The notes beneath the pieces were generated by a model that was not told the origin of the DNA, made no database searches, and saw only the letters and a list, made by a program, of their open reading frames with translations. A stretch of DNA of 53,240 bases, taken from Tepidisphaeraceae bacterium. Its GTDB lineage: Bacteria > Planctomycetota > Phycisphaerae > Tepidisphaerales > Tepidisphaeraceae. Each line of letters opens with the position of its first letter. Within the stretch, counting starts at the first letter, position 1. Positions 17,916 to 26,400 of the stretch are shown piece after piece. The DNA lies in assembly GCA_025450555.1 (NCBI GenBank), contig JANWHF010000094.1:1-53240 (forward strand). Direction: 5' to 3'. Both the position numbers and the translations under genes were made by a program.

Positions 17916-20093
17916 TTAGTCTTGCGATGACGCCTTATACGAATTCTGAACCGCACGCGCGACGGGGCCAAACCGGCCACCGTTGCCACTGGCACTGCTG
18001 GAGCGGACCGACAAGCCGCTGATTGAGCGATCGAAGTCGCTGGATTGGGCACGGTTGAAGACCACGCCTGCCAGACGGGATCCGATCGACGTCAGATGCT
18101 GGATTGCCTTCTCGACCATCGGCCGTTGCTGCCCACGCGAGACGCACAGGACCACTGCATCGGCCGCGGCGCAGACAAGCGAAGCCTCGATACTGCCGAG
18201 GATCGGGCCGGTGTCGATGAGCACCGTTTCGAAATGCTTCTTGGCTTCGTCCACGAGCCGGCGAAGGGCCGCGGGAGAGAGCGTGCTGGCATGCAAGGTA
18301 TTGCTGGTGCCAACCGGCAAAATCGCCACGTCAGCCACGTCTGTCGTGCGGACATATTCCAGCAATGAGCGGTTGGCGATGGCTTCGAGCACGCCTTCCG
18401 GGACATTGACGTTCATTCGCGTCGTCAGGCCAGCGCCTACCAGATCGCAGTCGATCAGCAGCGTCCTTGTGCCGCACGCCGCGTAAGACAGACCAAGGGC
18501 CAACGTCAGGCTCGTCTTGCCATCACCCGGGGCGGCGCTCGTCAAAGCGAAGACGCGACGGTCCTGCGTGTGATTATTGATCTGAAGCATCGTGCGGATC
18601 TGATGCACGCAATGAGCGGCGATCGATGCCTGCTCTGGATCGGACAAGCGATCTGGAAGGTCGGGTAGAATTCCCAAAAGCGTCAGACCCGACACTTCGC
18701 GGGAGGTCTCATCCGAATAGCGGACGCGCGGATTCATTAATCCGGCCAGCAACATCAGGCCAATGGGCAGGCCGCCGCCGGCCAGAAAGCCCAGGGCGCT
18801 AAAAGCAACGCGACGGTCATTGCCAACGGTGGCCTGGCCGCCGGGGTCGACGACGGTGAATGACTTGGCGATTTCGTGAATGTTTTCCTGCTTCTCGAGC
18901 TGCTTGCGGTTTTGCGCCAGGTCGTCCTGAAGGTCCTGGAGGTGTTTACGATTGGTTGCGAGCTTGGTGCTGATGATTTGAAGCTGCTCGATCTGCTCCT
19001 GGTATTGGTCCAAATTTTTCTTCTTTTCGTCATATGCAGTCTGAAGCGTGCTCAAATCTTTGGGAATCAAAACGCCGCCACTTGCGTCCGGCCGCTGCTT
19101 GATGAAGTAGTTGGCGTTGTCGTCGTGAACAATTTGATTGACCTGCTGAGTCACATTGTCGATGCGCTGCTTGAGTTCCCGAACCTGTGGGTGAGCAGCC
19201 CCCAGCCGGGTCATCAAGTCTCCCAACTGACTTTCGAGATTCGCCCGCTGTGCGATTGTTGTCGCCAGGACCGGATCGACCCGCGCCAACTCTTCGACTC
19301 GATAATCCCTAGCTTTTTTCAATTCGATGCGGGCGTCGGTCAGCGTGCCTTCGGCCTCCTGCATCTTCGTTTCCACTCCCGCCATTTCATGATAAAGCGT
19401 CGTAATCACCGTCTGCGGATCTTCGCCGACATTTTTCGTAAGCTTGGCAAGTTCTTCCTGAGTCTGAGCGATCTTCGCATTGTCATCCGTGATCTTGCGT
19501 TTGTAGACACCCTCAACCAGTTGGTAGTCACTCTCGTGATCGTCAACATAGTTCGTGTCGTATGCCTTGATGAGCGCCTGTACGGCGTCCTGGCAAACCT
19601 GCTTGGCGTCCTTGGCATCGGAGCTGTAGGTCACCTGGATCAAAGTCGTGCCGGGGACATACTTGGCGCTGATGGATCGTTTGAACTCCGCGAGGTCAGC
19701 CGGGCTATTGCCGCGATGCGCCAGCCAACGCGGATCGGTCATTGCAGCGTTGAGAAAGCGATCGCTGACGATCTTCTGGACGACGCTCGAGACGTAATAC
19801 TGATACATCGGCATCACGCGATCCCAGTCGTCGAGCGTTGGAGTGACCGGCTTGATTTCGATCAGGCCCACGCTCTGGTAGCCGGGGCGGGGGAGCAGAA
19901 AACCTGCAGCCGCTCCGGCTGCGGCGAACATCGCCGCAAGCAGGATCGCCACGCCGTATCGGCCGCGCAGCAACTGGTGGACTTTGAGCAGTCCGCTCTG
20001 TTGCTGCGGCGGGCGCGTCGAAACCAACGCCGTAGACCATGGCGTCGGGGTCGGAAGATTAGACGATGGAGAAATCTGGATTTCGTTGCTCAT
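17916..20093 (-). CDS. polysaccharide co-polymerase (Wzz-like) fused to BY-kinase-type P-loop ATPase
   Basis: N-terminal TM helix, long coiled-coil periplasmic region and a second TM helix. Then Walker A 'SAAPGDGKTSLT', A' 'LLIDCDL' and B 'VLIDTGP'. Start is taken at MSNEIQ (20093), just after the EpsI stop. Confidence 0.8.
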   Translation of the reverse strand: MSNEIQISPSSNLPTPTPWSTALVSTRPPQQQSGLLKVHQLLRGRYGVAILLAAMFAAAGAAAGFLLPRPGYQSVGLIEIKPVTPTLDDWDRVMPMYQYYVSSVVQKIVSDRFLNAAMTDPRWLAHRGNSPADLAEFKRSISAKYVPGTTLIQVTYSSDAKDAKQVCQDAVQALIKAYDTNYVDDHESDYQLVEGVYKRKITDDNAKIAQTQEELAKLTKNVGEDPQTVITTLYHEMAGVETKMQEAEGTLTDARIELKKARDYRVEELARVDPVLATTIAQRANLESQLGDLMTRLGAAHPQVRELKQRIDNVTQQVNQIVHDDNANYFIKQRPDASGGVLIPKDLSTLQTAYDEKKKNLDQYQEQIEQLQIISTKLATNRKHLQDLQDDLAQNRKQLEKQENIHEIAKSFTVVDPGGQATVGNDRRVAFSALGFLAGGGLPIGLMLLAGLMNPRVRYSDETSREVSGLTLLGILPDLPDRLSDPEQASIAAHCVHQIRTMLQINNHTQDRRVFALTSAAPGDGKTSLTLALGLSYAACGTRTLLIDCDLVGAGLTTRMNVNVPEGVLEAIANRSLLEYVRTTDVADVAILPVGTSNTLHASTLSPAALRRLVDEAKKHFETVLIDTGPILGSIEASLVCAAADAVVLCVSRGQQRPMVEKAIQHLTSIGSRLAGVVFNRAQSSDFDRSISGLSVRSSSASGNGGRFGPVARAVQNSYKASSQD

Positions 20094-20130
20094 GGATGCT
20101 TTCCATTGCCTTGCAAGGCGTACGGCCAAT

Positions 20131-20814
20131 TCATCGCGGGTCAAGCACCTGGACCAGGCTGGGGTCGGCGCCAATTAAAGTCTTGAAGATCTCATCGCGT
20201 TCTTCAGGAGGTAGATCGCCATTCATGACCACTTGAAACTGAGCTGCGCCAAAACATCGGCGTTGGTAATCCCCGGCCGCAGCACGAACGCCTGAAATGT
20301 CCGGCACGACACCTCGGCCTGGCACGATGAAGAAATTGTACACGCTTTTCCGGAGCATGCCGGCCTGTTTCTGGCGATTATCGAAGAGGTATTCGGTTCC
20401 GGGGATAGTAATAGGACCTACTTTTAGCGTGAATTCCCGTTGGCTAATGAGGGGCTCCCCGCTGGCGGGGTAGCAGATGGGCGGATAGTGACCCGCCATG
20501 TCGCGCGAATCACCGCACTGCACGATCAGCAGATCGGCCTGCACTTCGTCGCGCCAGTTTGCTGCCTGCTTCTTATACTTCCGGCTCACAATTACATTTG
20601 GACGCAACATCTTGACGGCCGCTGTGGGAACGGCTTCATCGCTACCAGTCCAATAGCCAATTACATACGGAAACGCTTCAATCGCCTGACGGGCCTTGGC
20701 ATGATAAGGGGCTGCATCCTGCGGGCGCACGTGGTGCGCATTATCGGCCGCAATGCCTGCCAAGACGAACAGGCAAAGCAGGGGCGAAAGGAAGATGATT
20801 CCGCGTGAAGTCAT
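20131..20814 (-). CDS. EpsI family exosortase-associated protein
   Basis: Signal-anchor, then 'FPYVIGYWTGSDE' and 'GHYPPICYPASGEP', which correspond to the EpsI 'iggW.g' and 'H.Pe.C.pG.G' blocks. It lies immediately downstream of the exosortase. Confidence 0.75.
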   Translation of the reverse strand: MTSRGIIFLSPLLCLFVLAGIAADNAHHVRPQDAAPYHAKARQAIEAFPYVIGYWTGSDEAVPTAAVKMLRPNVIVSRKYKKQAANWRDEVQADLLIVQCGDSRDMAGHYPPICYPASGEPLISQREFTLKVGPITIPGTEYLFDNRQKQAGMLRKSVYNFFIVPGRGVVPDISGVRAAAGDYQRRCFGAAQFQVVMNGDLPPEERDEIFKTLIGADPSLVQVLDPR

Positions 20815-20899
20815 ATGTTCAGGTCAAATATTCAGTCGACTCCAGAGGCCCGGATGCCTGGTCTTATCGGCCTTTTGTCTACAAGAGCCGTACCGAACT

Positions 20900-21886
20900 C
20901 TACGATGCGAGGGTATACCGCATGACAGGAATCATCGCCCATCGAAGGATCCGGATGACTCCTAACAACATCAGAAACGAGATCGGCAGCATCAACCAGC
21001 CGCTATAATCGTGGAAGACGTCACCGACCGCCTTGGAATGATACCCGTAGATCCAAATCGTCGGCAAAATACGGAGCACATTACAAAAGATAGTCGCCAG
21101 CGGGCTGACTGCCAACAGTACAAATCGAACACTGTTTCGAAGTGGCAACGCGAAGCAAAAGGCATAGCAGATCAGGATTAATGCGAACACCATTCGCAAA
21201 CCATTGCATGCCTCGGCAATGTTTACAGGTTGACCATTGATGCTTAGACGGTTGCCTGATCTCTCGACTGCAACTCCAATCAATTCAAAGACATGCTGCG
21301 AGATTTGGGCCGTCCAGGTTTCAAGCGGAAGGGCGATGCGCTGGCGAATCAATCCAGGGACTGGGATTAAAAAAATGAGAACTGCTATGGCCGGAAAAAA
21401 TCGGAAAAACATGTGGCGACCCAGGACAGAGGCAGCACAACCGAGCACGACAAGGATGGCTCCTCCATGCCAAAGTGACTGGGTACCGTGGTAATAGCCG
21501 TAATCGTAAACCACATAACCAACCAACGCCACGAGGACGCCGAGCCCGGTTCCGGTCGGCTTGCAGTAACGGAATCGATGACGACGCACCCAGACCATGC
21601 ACATCGCTACGACCGGAACCAGAAAGATATGGCTGTATTCTTCGTCGAGGCGCGCCCAATCGAACATATCGCGCCAGGCTTCCCAGGTCGCAGCGATACC
21701 CATCAATGCCATCAGCGTCGCGGCGACGGCATGCCAGGGTGTCCATCGATCCACGCGGCTCGGCAGCCAAATGCTGCGGCCGCGCCACCGACCTTTGTCG
21801 CCGGGAGTTAGGGGCAGGCTAACGGTTTGATCATCAAAGAAGGTTTGCATCGAAGTAGAGTGCGGCGGCCGGGATTCTGCTACCAC
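20900..21886 (-). CDS. exosortase family protein
   Basis: Eight-TM-type profile. Catalytic-type motifs are 'AEACNGLRMVF' (Cys), 'FCNVLRILP' (Arg) and 'FHDYSGWLM' (His). The start overlaps the upstream stop by 7 nt; an alternative Met is at 21850. Confidence 0.85.
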   Translation of the reverse strand: MVAESRPPHSTSMQTFFDDQTVSLPLTPGDKGRWRGRSIWLPSRVDRWTPWHAVAATLMALMGIAATWEAWRDMFDWARLDEEYSHIFLVPVVAMCMVWVRRHRFRYCKPTGTGLGVLVALVGYVVYDYGYYHGTQSLWHGGAILVVLGCAASVLGRHMFFRFFPAIAVLIFLIPVPGLIRQRIALPLETWTAQISQHVFELIGVAVERSGNRLSINGQPVNIAEACNGLRMVFALILICYAFCFALPLRNSVRFVLLAVSPLATIFCNVLRILPTIWIYGYHSKAVGDVFHDYSGWLMLPISFLMLLGVIRILRWAMIPVMRYTLAS

Positions 21887-23895
21887 GCGGCGGCGATCGG
21901 CTTGCCCAACCCGGCAAGCGACCGGCGCGGTCGCTTTTCTGAGCGGATCACTTCATCCACAGCCGTTCGATCGCGACGGATCACCGCACCCGGGCAAACC
22001 AGCGAGCGAACCAAAACGCTGCCCGCTTCCACGCGGGCACCGGCCAGCACGACCGAATCGTGAATCCGCGCAGATGGATCGACCGAAGCACCCGGCTCGA
22101 TCAGCGAGAATGCCGGTGTCCAGTCTTCGGCCAATGGATCGATCATTGAGCCGTGCGCACCAGCGCGACGCCGATGGTAATAGTGAAGCGCCTGAACGTA
22201 GCCGTCCAGCAGTCGAATCGGTAAGCCGGTGGGGCGGCGCCGCCGTACCACGCGCACATCGTATTGAGAAGCGATTAGCGGAAGCCCCTGTTCCTTCATA
22301 TCCACGAAGCCAGTTGCGGGCAGCATGCGCAACGTCTTGCGGCGCACCAGCATGATCCCGCTCGGAGTTCCGTCATCGTGAGAAATCACAGCGACATCCG
22401 CGCGCTTCCGGCGCAGTGCCATGAGCACGCGCGACATCGGATCCAACAGCACCTGCGCGGCATTGGCCACCAGGAGCAGATCATCGTCGTGATAGTCCCG
22501 GGCCAAGTCGTGTAATACGCCGCCCGTTCCGCGATATTCGGAAAGGTCTCGTTCAACTCGGAATGCGCCAAGATATTTCACATCGGCGCTGCACGGGTCA
22601 GGCGACATCTGATTGACCATCACGCGCACGGGCAGTTTTTCAATCCCGGCAACGCGTGCGACGTCGGCACCCTGCTTGAGCCAGAAGTTCAAAACGGATC
22701 CGCTTTCGTCCAGCGGAAGATCGAGCACCGATCGCCCTGTCGCGGCGACAAGCGGATTGGCTCGAACAGCCCCGCCCAGAAGAATCATGGCTCGCAGCCG
22801 CGAGAGAGGCACATCATCTGGCTCTGAATCAGCACTGGCAGTCCAAGTTGGCCGCATTAGTTGGAGTGGAGCGGCAGCGGCACTGTTCCTTGCAACGGTA
22901 TCAACTGAAGTTCCAGGATTCTGGAAATCCAGATCCGCGATTGGCTCGTCGATGGAGTGAATCGGGACTCGACCAATCAACCCGCCGCCTTGCTTTCGGG
23001 TTAGTCGATTGCCAACCCCGCGCACCGCCGAGCGACTCAACAGCCGGGTGGCAAAAGGAATCCCGATCATGATGTACCGCTTGAAAAGCCTGCGCGGCTC
23101 CTGCAACAAGCGGTGCGACCATTCAAGGCCAACCTTCTGCATCCAGACCGGTGCTCTTCGCACGTCCCCGCACAGGAAGCTGAAACTGTTGCCAACACCC
23201 ATCCACCAGGCGCCGGGCATAATCGGACGCAGTCGCGCGATCAGCCTTTCCTGCTTGGGCGAGCCCAGGGCGACATAGATGATGTCGGGGCCGGATTGCG
23301 AGATCGATGCAATGATCTGCGCCATTTCCTTGGGATCATGTTCAAATCCAAGGGGGGGATAATAGAAACCTGCAATCTTCAGGTCCGGATGCCGCGAGAG
23401 CAGCACGCGAGCCGCTCCTTCAGCCGTCCCCGGCGCACCGCCCAAGAGATAGACCGAACGGCCCCGTTTGCTGGCGGCTGCTGACAAGCTTGAAATGAGA
23501 TTGGAGCCGGCAACGCGTTCGGGAAGTGGAGTTCCCTGAAGCCTGCTGGCCCAGACGAGCGGCATGCCGTCGGGGACAACCAAGTCTGCCTCGGCCACCA
23601 AGGCACCGAAGTTTACGTCATGGAGATACCGCCGGAGATGGTCCAAGTTGGGCGTCACCACAACGCCGCCGTTACCCGCGTCCATTTCATCAAGAATATG
23701 ACCGACGCATTCGCTTTCCCTGATTGCATGGACCTTAATTCCCAGCAGATCCACGGTGGGCAGCCGGCGGATGGCAGCAGAAGGAGCAGACGTCGCCGGC
23801 TTTCGCCGATGGGTCTGGAAACTTTCGCGCCGGCGACGGAATGTCGCATCCGACGCATCGACTTCCCAAGTTTGCTCGCGATACTTCAAATCCAT
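21880..23895 (-). CDS. WecB/TagA/CpsF (GT26) glycosyltransferase fused to nucleotidyltransferase-like + hexapeptide-repeat domains
   Basis: GT26 blocks: 'VVTPNLDHLR', 'VPDGMPLVWASRLQG', 'LLGGAPGTAEGAA', 'GFYYPPLGF' and 'YVALGSPKQE'. The C-terminal half has 'RAMILLGGAVR', 'YRGTGGVL', 'LLLVANAAQVL', then LbH-like 'ARIHDSVVLAGARVEAGSVLVRSLVCPGAVI'. Confidence 0.75.
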   Translation of the reverse strand: MDLKYREQTWEVDASDATFRRRRESFQTHRRKPATSAPSAAIRRLPTVDLLGIKVHAIRESECVGHILDEMDAGNGGVVVTPNLDHLRRYLHDVNFGALVAEADLVVPDGMPLVWASRLQGTPLPERVAGSNLISSLSAAASKRGRSVYLLGGAPGTAEGAARVLLSRHPDLKIAGFYYPPLGFEHDPKEMAQIIASISQSGPDIIYVALGSPKQERLIARLRPIMPGAWWMGVGNSFSFLCGDVRRAPVWMQKVGLEWSHRLLQEPRRLFKRYIMIGIPFATRLLSRSAVRGVGNRLTRKQGGGLIGRVPIHSIDEPIADLDFQNPGTSVDTVARNSAAAAPLQLMRPTWTASADSEPDDVPLSRLRAMILLGGAVRANPLVAATGRSVLDLPLDESGSVLNFWLKQGADVARVAGIEKLPVRVMVNQMSPDPCSADVKYLGAFRVERDLSEYRGTGGVLHDLARDYHDDDLLLVANAAQVLLDPMSRVLMALRRKRADVAVISHDDGTPSGIMLVRRKTLRMLPATGFVDMKEQGLPLIASQYDVRVVRRRRPTGLPIRLLDGYVQALHYYHRRRAGAHGSMIDPLAEDWTPAFSLIEPGASVDPSARIHDSVVLAGARVEAGSVLVRSLVCPGAVIRRDRTAVDEVIRSEKRPRRSLAGLGKPIAAAW

Positions 23896-24272
23896 ACAGG
23901 CTCTCTACCCGGACCAGCAATCACGGCACGATCACCGAGCGTTGCGAGAGGTTCCCAATCATTTATTCTACATCACAACCCGACACCTGACCTGCAATCT
24001 CAGCGGTTGCCCGCCGCTCATCTCGACTACCGAATCTCGTGCCAACAGACCCAGCTAAAGTTAAGTGGCATACGGAATGCACGTCCAACTATCACCCTGC
24101 CACCCATAGAAAGCAACTGAAATAATGTGACCAGACCGGGCCTGTGGCCAATGGGATTTATCGGCCAACGCATGATAGGAAAGCCATCCAAAATATTGCA
24201 GGTAAACGTGTTATAGGAGGCGAAGGTCCAAGAATATCCCGGCGGGCTCTACCGATTTGCTTCGACTACAGA

Positions 24273-25262
24273 TTACCCAGCTTTACTTGAGTTCGCTCGA
24301 AATGAGCTGTGTGATTCAAGCCACACTGGCAACTGCTGCTCGTTAATCATTGCCGTCGCCTTGTCCTTCCCCCGAAGCAAACACTGCCATTGATAGCGAC
24401 GCAAGAAGCGGCGGAACGTCAAATCGGCGTAGCGCGGTTTCTTCGAAGCCCAACTCCGAGTATATCCCCATACCATCGCCGCGCTGCCAATCACGATCGG
24501 CCGATGGATTATTCGGAATGCAGCGCTGGCAAGTAGATAGGTCAGCCCTGTACCCATGAAGTATTGGCCAATCCCGTGACGGGTCCGCCCAGTCCACCAA
24601 TTCTTGTGGCTTGTCCCCATGGCCCGCAGGTGCTCAAAACTGAGTGCTGGTTCATCCCAGCTCGCCGCTACCCAGCCCAGCATCCGGCACCGGTGGCAAT
24701 CAATGCCATCCCACATCAGTTCGCGGACAAAGCCTCCGATTTCCGTGAAGCATTGGGTTCGATAGAACTTCACCATGCCCACCGAATTCTCATTGCCGCA
24801 GGTTTCCATGATCTGGCGGGCGGATGAATCTTTGAAATAGGGCTTGCCACTGCATGTGCCGATGCGCGGGTCGGCTTCCATCTTCTCAATAAGTGTTTCG
24901 AAATACCGTGGCGGCAGATCCAGATCGAGATCGAGTTTGCACACATAATCAAACTCTGTCGGATTGATCGTCTCATAGCCGGCATAAAAAGCATCGATTA
25001 CACCGCCACCAAGTTTGCGGAAGCCTCGGTTCTCACGACGGATGATCTTCAGATAGGGCAGCTTCGCCGCGTACTCTGCAAGAATCTGGGGCGTATCATC
25101 GGTTGAGCCGTCATCAACGATGATCCATAGGGCCGGGGCAAGGGATTGATTGGCGACGCTCTCCAGCGTCCGCCGCGCGTATTGCGCTTCATCCCGGCAA
25201 GGTGTCACCAGAAGATATCGCCGGGAAAACTCTTCAGATCCCACTGTTGATCCATCCATCAA
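24273..25262 (-). CDS. family 2 glycosyltransferase
   Basis: 'YLLVTPCRDEAQYARRTLESVANQS...WIIVDDGSTDDT' is a GT-A N-terminus with a DxD-type acidic motif. A hydrophobic segment lies near the C-terminus. Confidence 0.75.
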   Translation of the reverse strand: MMDGSTVGSEEFSRRYLLVTPCRDEAQYARRTLESVANQSLAPALWIIVDDGSTDDTPQILAEYAAKLPYLKIIRRENRGFRKLGGGVIDAFYAGYETINPTEFDYVCKLDLDLDLPPRYFETLIEKMEADPRIGTCSGKPYFKDSSARQIMETCGNENSVGMVKFYRTQCFTEIGGFVRELMWDGIDCHRCRMLGWVAASWDEPALSFEHLRAMGTSHKNWWTGRTRHGIGQYFMGTGLTYLLASAAFRIIHRPIVIGSAAMVWGYTRSWASKKPRYADLTFRRFLRRYQWQCLLRGKDKATAMINEQQLPVWLESHSSFRANSSKAG

Positions 25263-25418
25263 AACACTCCCCCCATGAGCCGCGTCTCACACACCGCATG
25301 CCGGACAGGACCATGATTGCGCGAAACCTATTCGGATTCAACAAGACGCATCGAAACGCAATGAAATGGAATTGGTGCAGACGGAAAAGGCCCGCGGCGT
25401 CATCTATTCAAGTAACCG

Positions 25419-25922
25419 ATGGACAAATCCACCGACTGGAAAAAGTGGCTGACCGAGCATGGGCCGACGATGCTGCTGCTCGTCCGCCAATGGGTGTCCC
25501 ATCGCGCTGATGCGGAGGATATCGTGCAGGAAGCTTTTGTTCGATTTTGGAAATCGCGACATCGGGCGGCTGATCCAAAAGCCTATCTCTATGTCTGCGC
25601 AAAAAGATATCTCCTCGAATGGCTGCGCGCGGAACAACGGCGGGGCCGCCGGGAACAGGATAAGGCAATCGAGAGGTCATCCATTTCGACGCCTCTTTTT
25701 GATCAGGTGGTCGATCGAGAGGATCATCGACGGCTCAAAGCTTCTTTGGGCGCGCTGCCAACAGAACAGCGCGAGGTCATGATTTTGAGAATCTGGGGCG
25801 GCTTATCATTTCTGCAAATCAGCGAAGCATTGGCTATTCCGCTCAATACCGCATCGTCGCGCTACCGCTATGCATTGGCCGCGCTCCGCAAGAATCTTGT
25901 GGAGGAATCAATCCATGAATGA
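25419..25922 (+). CDS. ECF-type RNA polymerase sigma factor
   Basis: Region 2 'AEDIVQEAFVRFWKS'. Region 4 'LPTEQREVMILRIWGGLSFLQISEALAIPLNTASSRYRYALAALRKNL'. Length 167 aa. Confidence 0.85.
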   Translation: MDKSTDWKKWLTEHGPTMLLLVRQWVSHRADAEDIVQEAFVRFWKSRHRAADPKAYLYVCAKRYLLEWLRAEQRRGRREQDKAIERSSISTPLFDQVVDREDHRRLKASLGALPTEQREVMILRIWGGLSFLQISEALAIPLNTASSRYRYALAALRKNLVEESIHE

Positions 25923-26364
25923 TCCTCAGCAAAGACCGCTGTCCTTGGAAGAATTGGCTCTTGAAGCACAGCTACGATCCATGGCGCCGGTTGATCTTTC
26001 AACTGACGCGCAGATCAGCATCAAGAACCGCCTCGAGCACCGACCCACAAGCTTTCACCGCGTTAAATGGGCAGCCGCCATCGCGGCATGTGTCCTGATC
26101 GCAATGTCTCTATTGATTCTCCAACAGGTCCGACATCAGCAGCCCGTGCCGCGGTCGATCCAGCCCGGGCATGCCTCGACTTTGTCAGTAGATGTTGCCA
26201 ATGATGACAAGCAATTTGCCATTGCAACATATAGCAACGCATTGGCGCAATCCCCTGCTTCGCTTGATGCCATCCTGCAGCGGCAAAGTCGCAAGGCACA
26301 GAGCGATGAGGCAAACGACTCGCAGATCCCGCGCATTAGAGATCTGTCGATCGCGAACCCTTGA
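25915..26364 (+). CDS. putative single-pass anti-sigma factor
   Basis: The ATG overlaps the sigma stop by 8 nt (ATGAATGA). A short cytoplasmic N-terminus is followed by one TM helix 'WAAAIAACVLIAMSLLIL' and about 85 aa outside. No HxxxCxxC zinc motif. Confidence 0.5.
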   Translation: MNDPQQRPLSLEELALEAQLRSMAPVDLSTDAQISIKNRLEHRPTSFHRVKWAAAIAACVLIAMSLLILQQVRHQQPVPRSIQPGHASTLSVDVANDDKQFAIATYSNALAQSPASLDAILQRQSRKAQSDEANDSQIPRIRDLSIANP

Positions 26365-26400
26365 CCGTTTTCTAAAATCAACACTTTTTCGGAGCATGTC

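Noticed and set aside
18876-20186. 436-aa plus-strand ORF
   Set aside because: It lies entirely antisense to the well-supported Wzz/BY-kinase gene. The product is Leu/Arg/Val-rich low-complexity sequence with no motifs, which is typical of a GC-rich shadow ORF.
23980-24173. 57-codon minus-strand ORF (MRWPINPIGH...) in the long spacer upstream of the GT26 gene
   Set aside because: It has no SD-like sequence. Its codon usage lacks the GC3 bias of neighbouring genes, and its composition is not protein-like. It is treated as non-coding.
25263-25418. ECF-type autoregulated promoter (GAAAC ... CGT) upstream of the sigma gene
   Set aside because: Two 'CGAAAC' strings exist (about 25319 and 25360). 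Their spacing to any CGT/CGTC element is 19-24 nt rather than 16-17, so the match is too weak to call.
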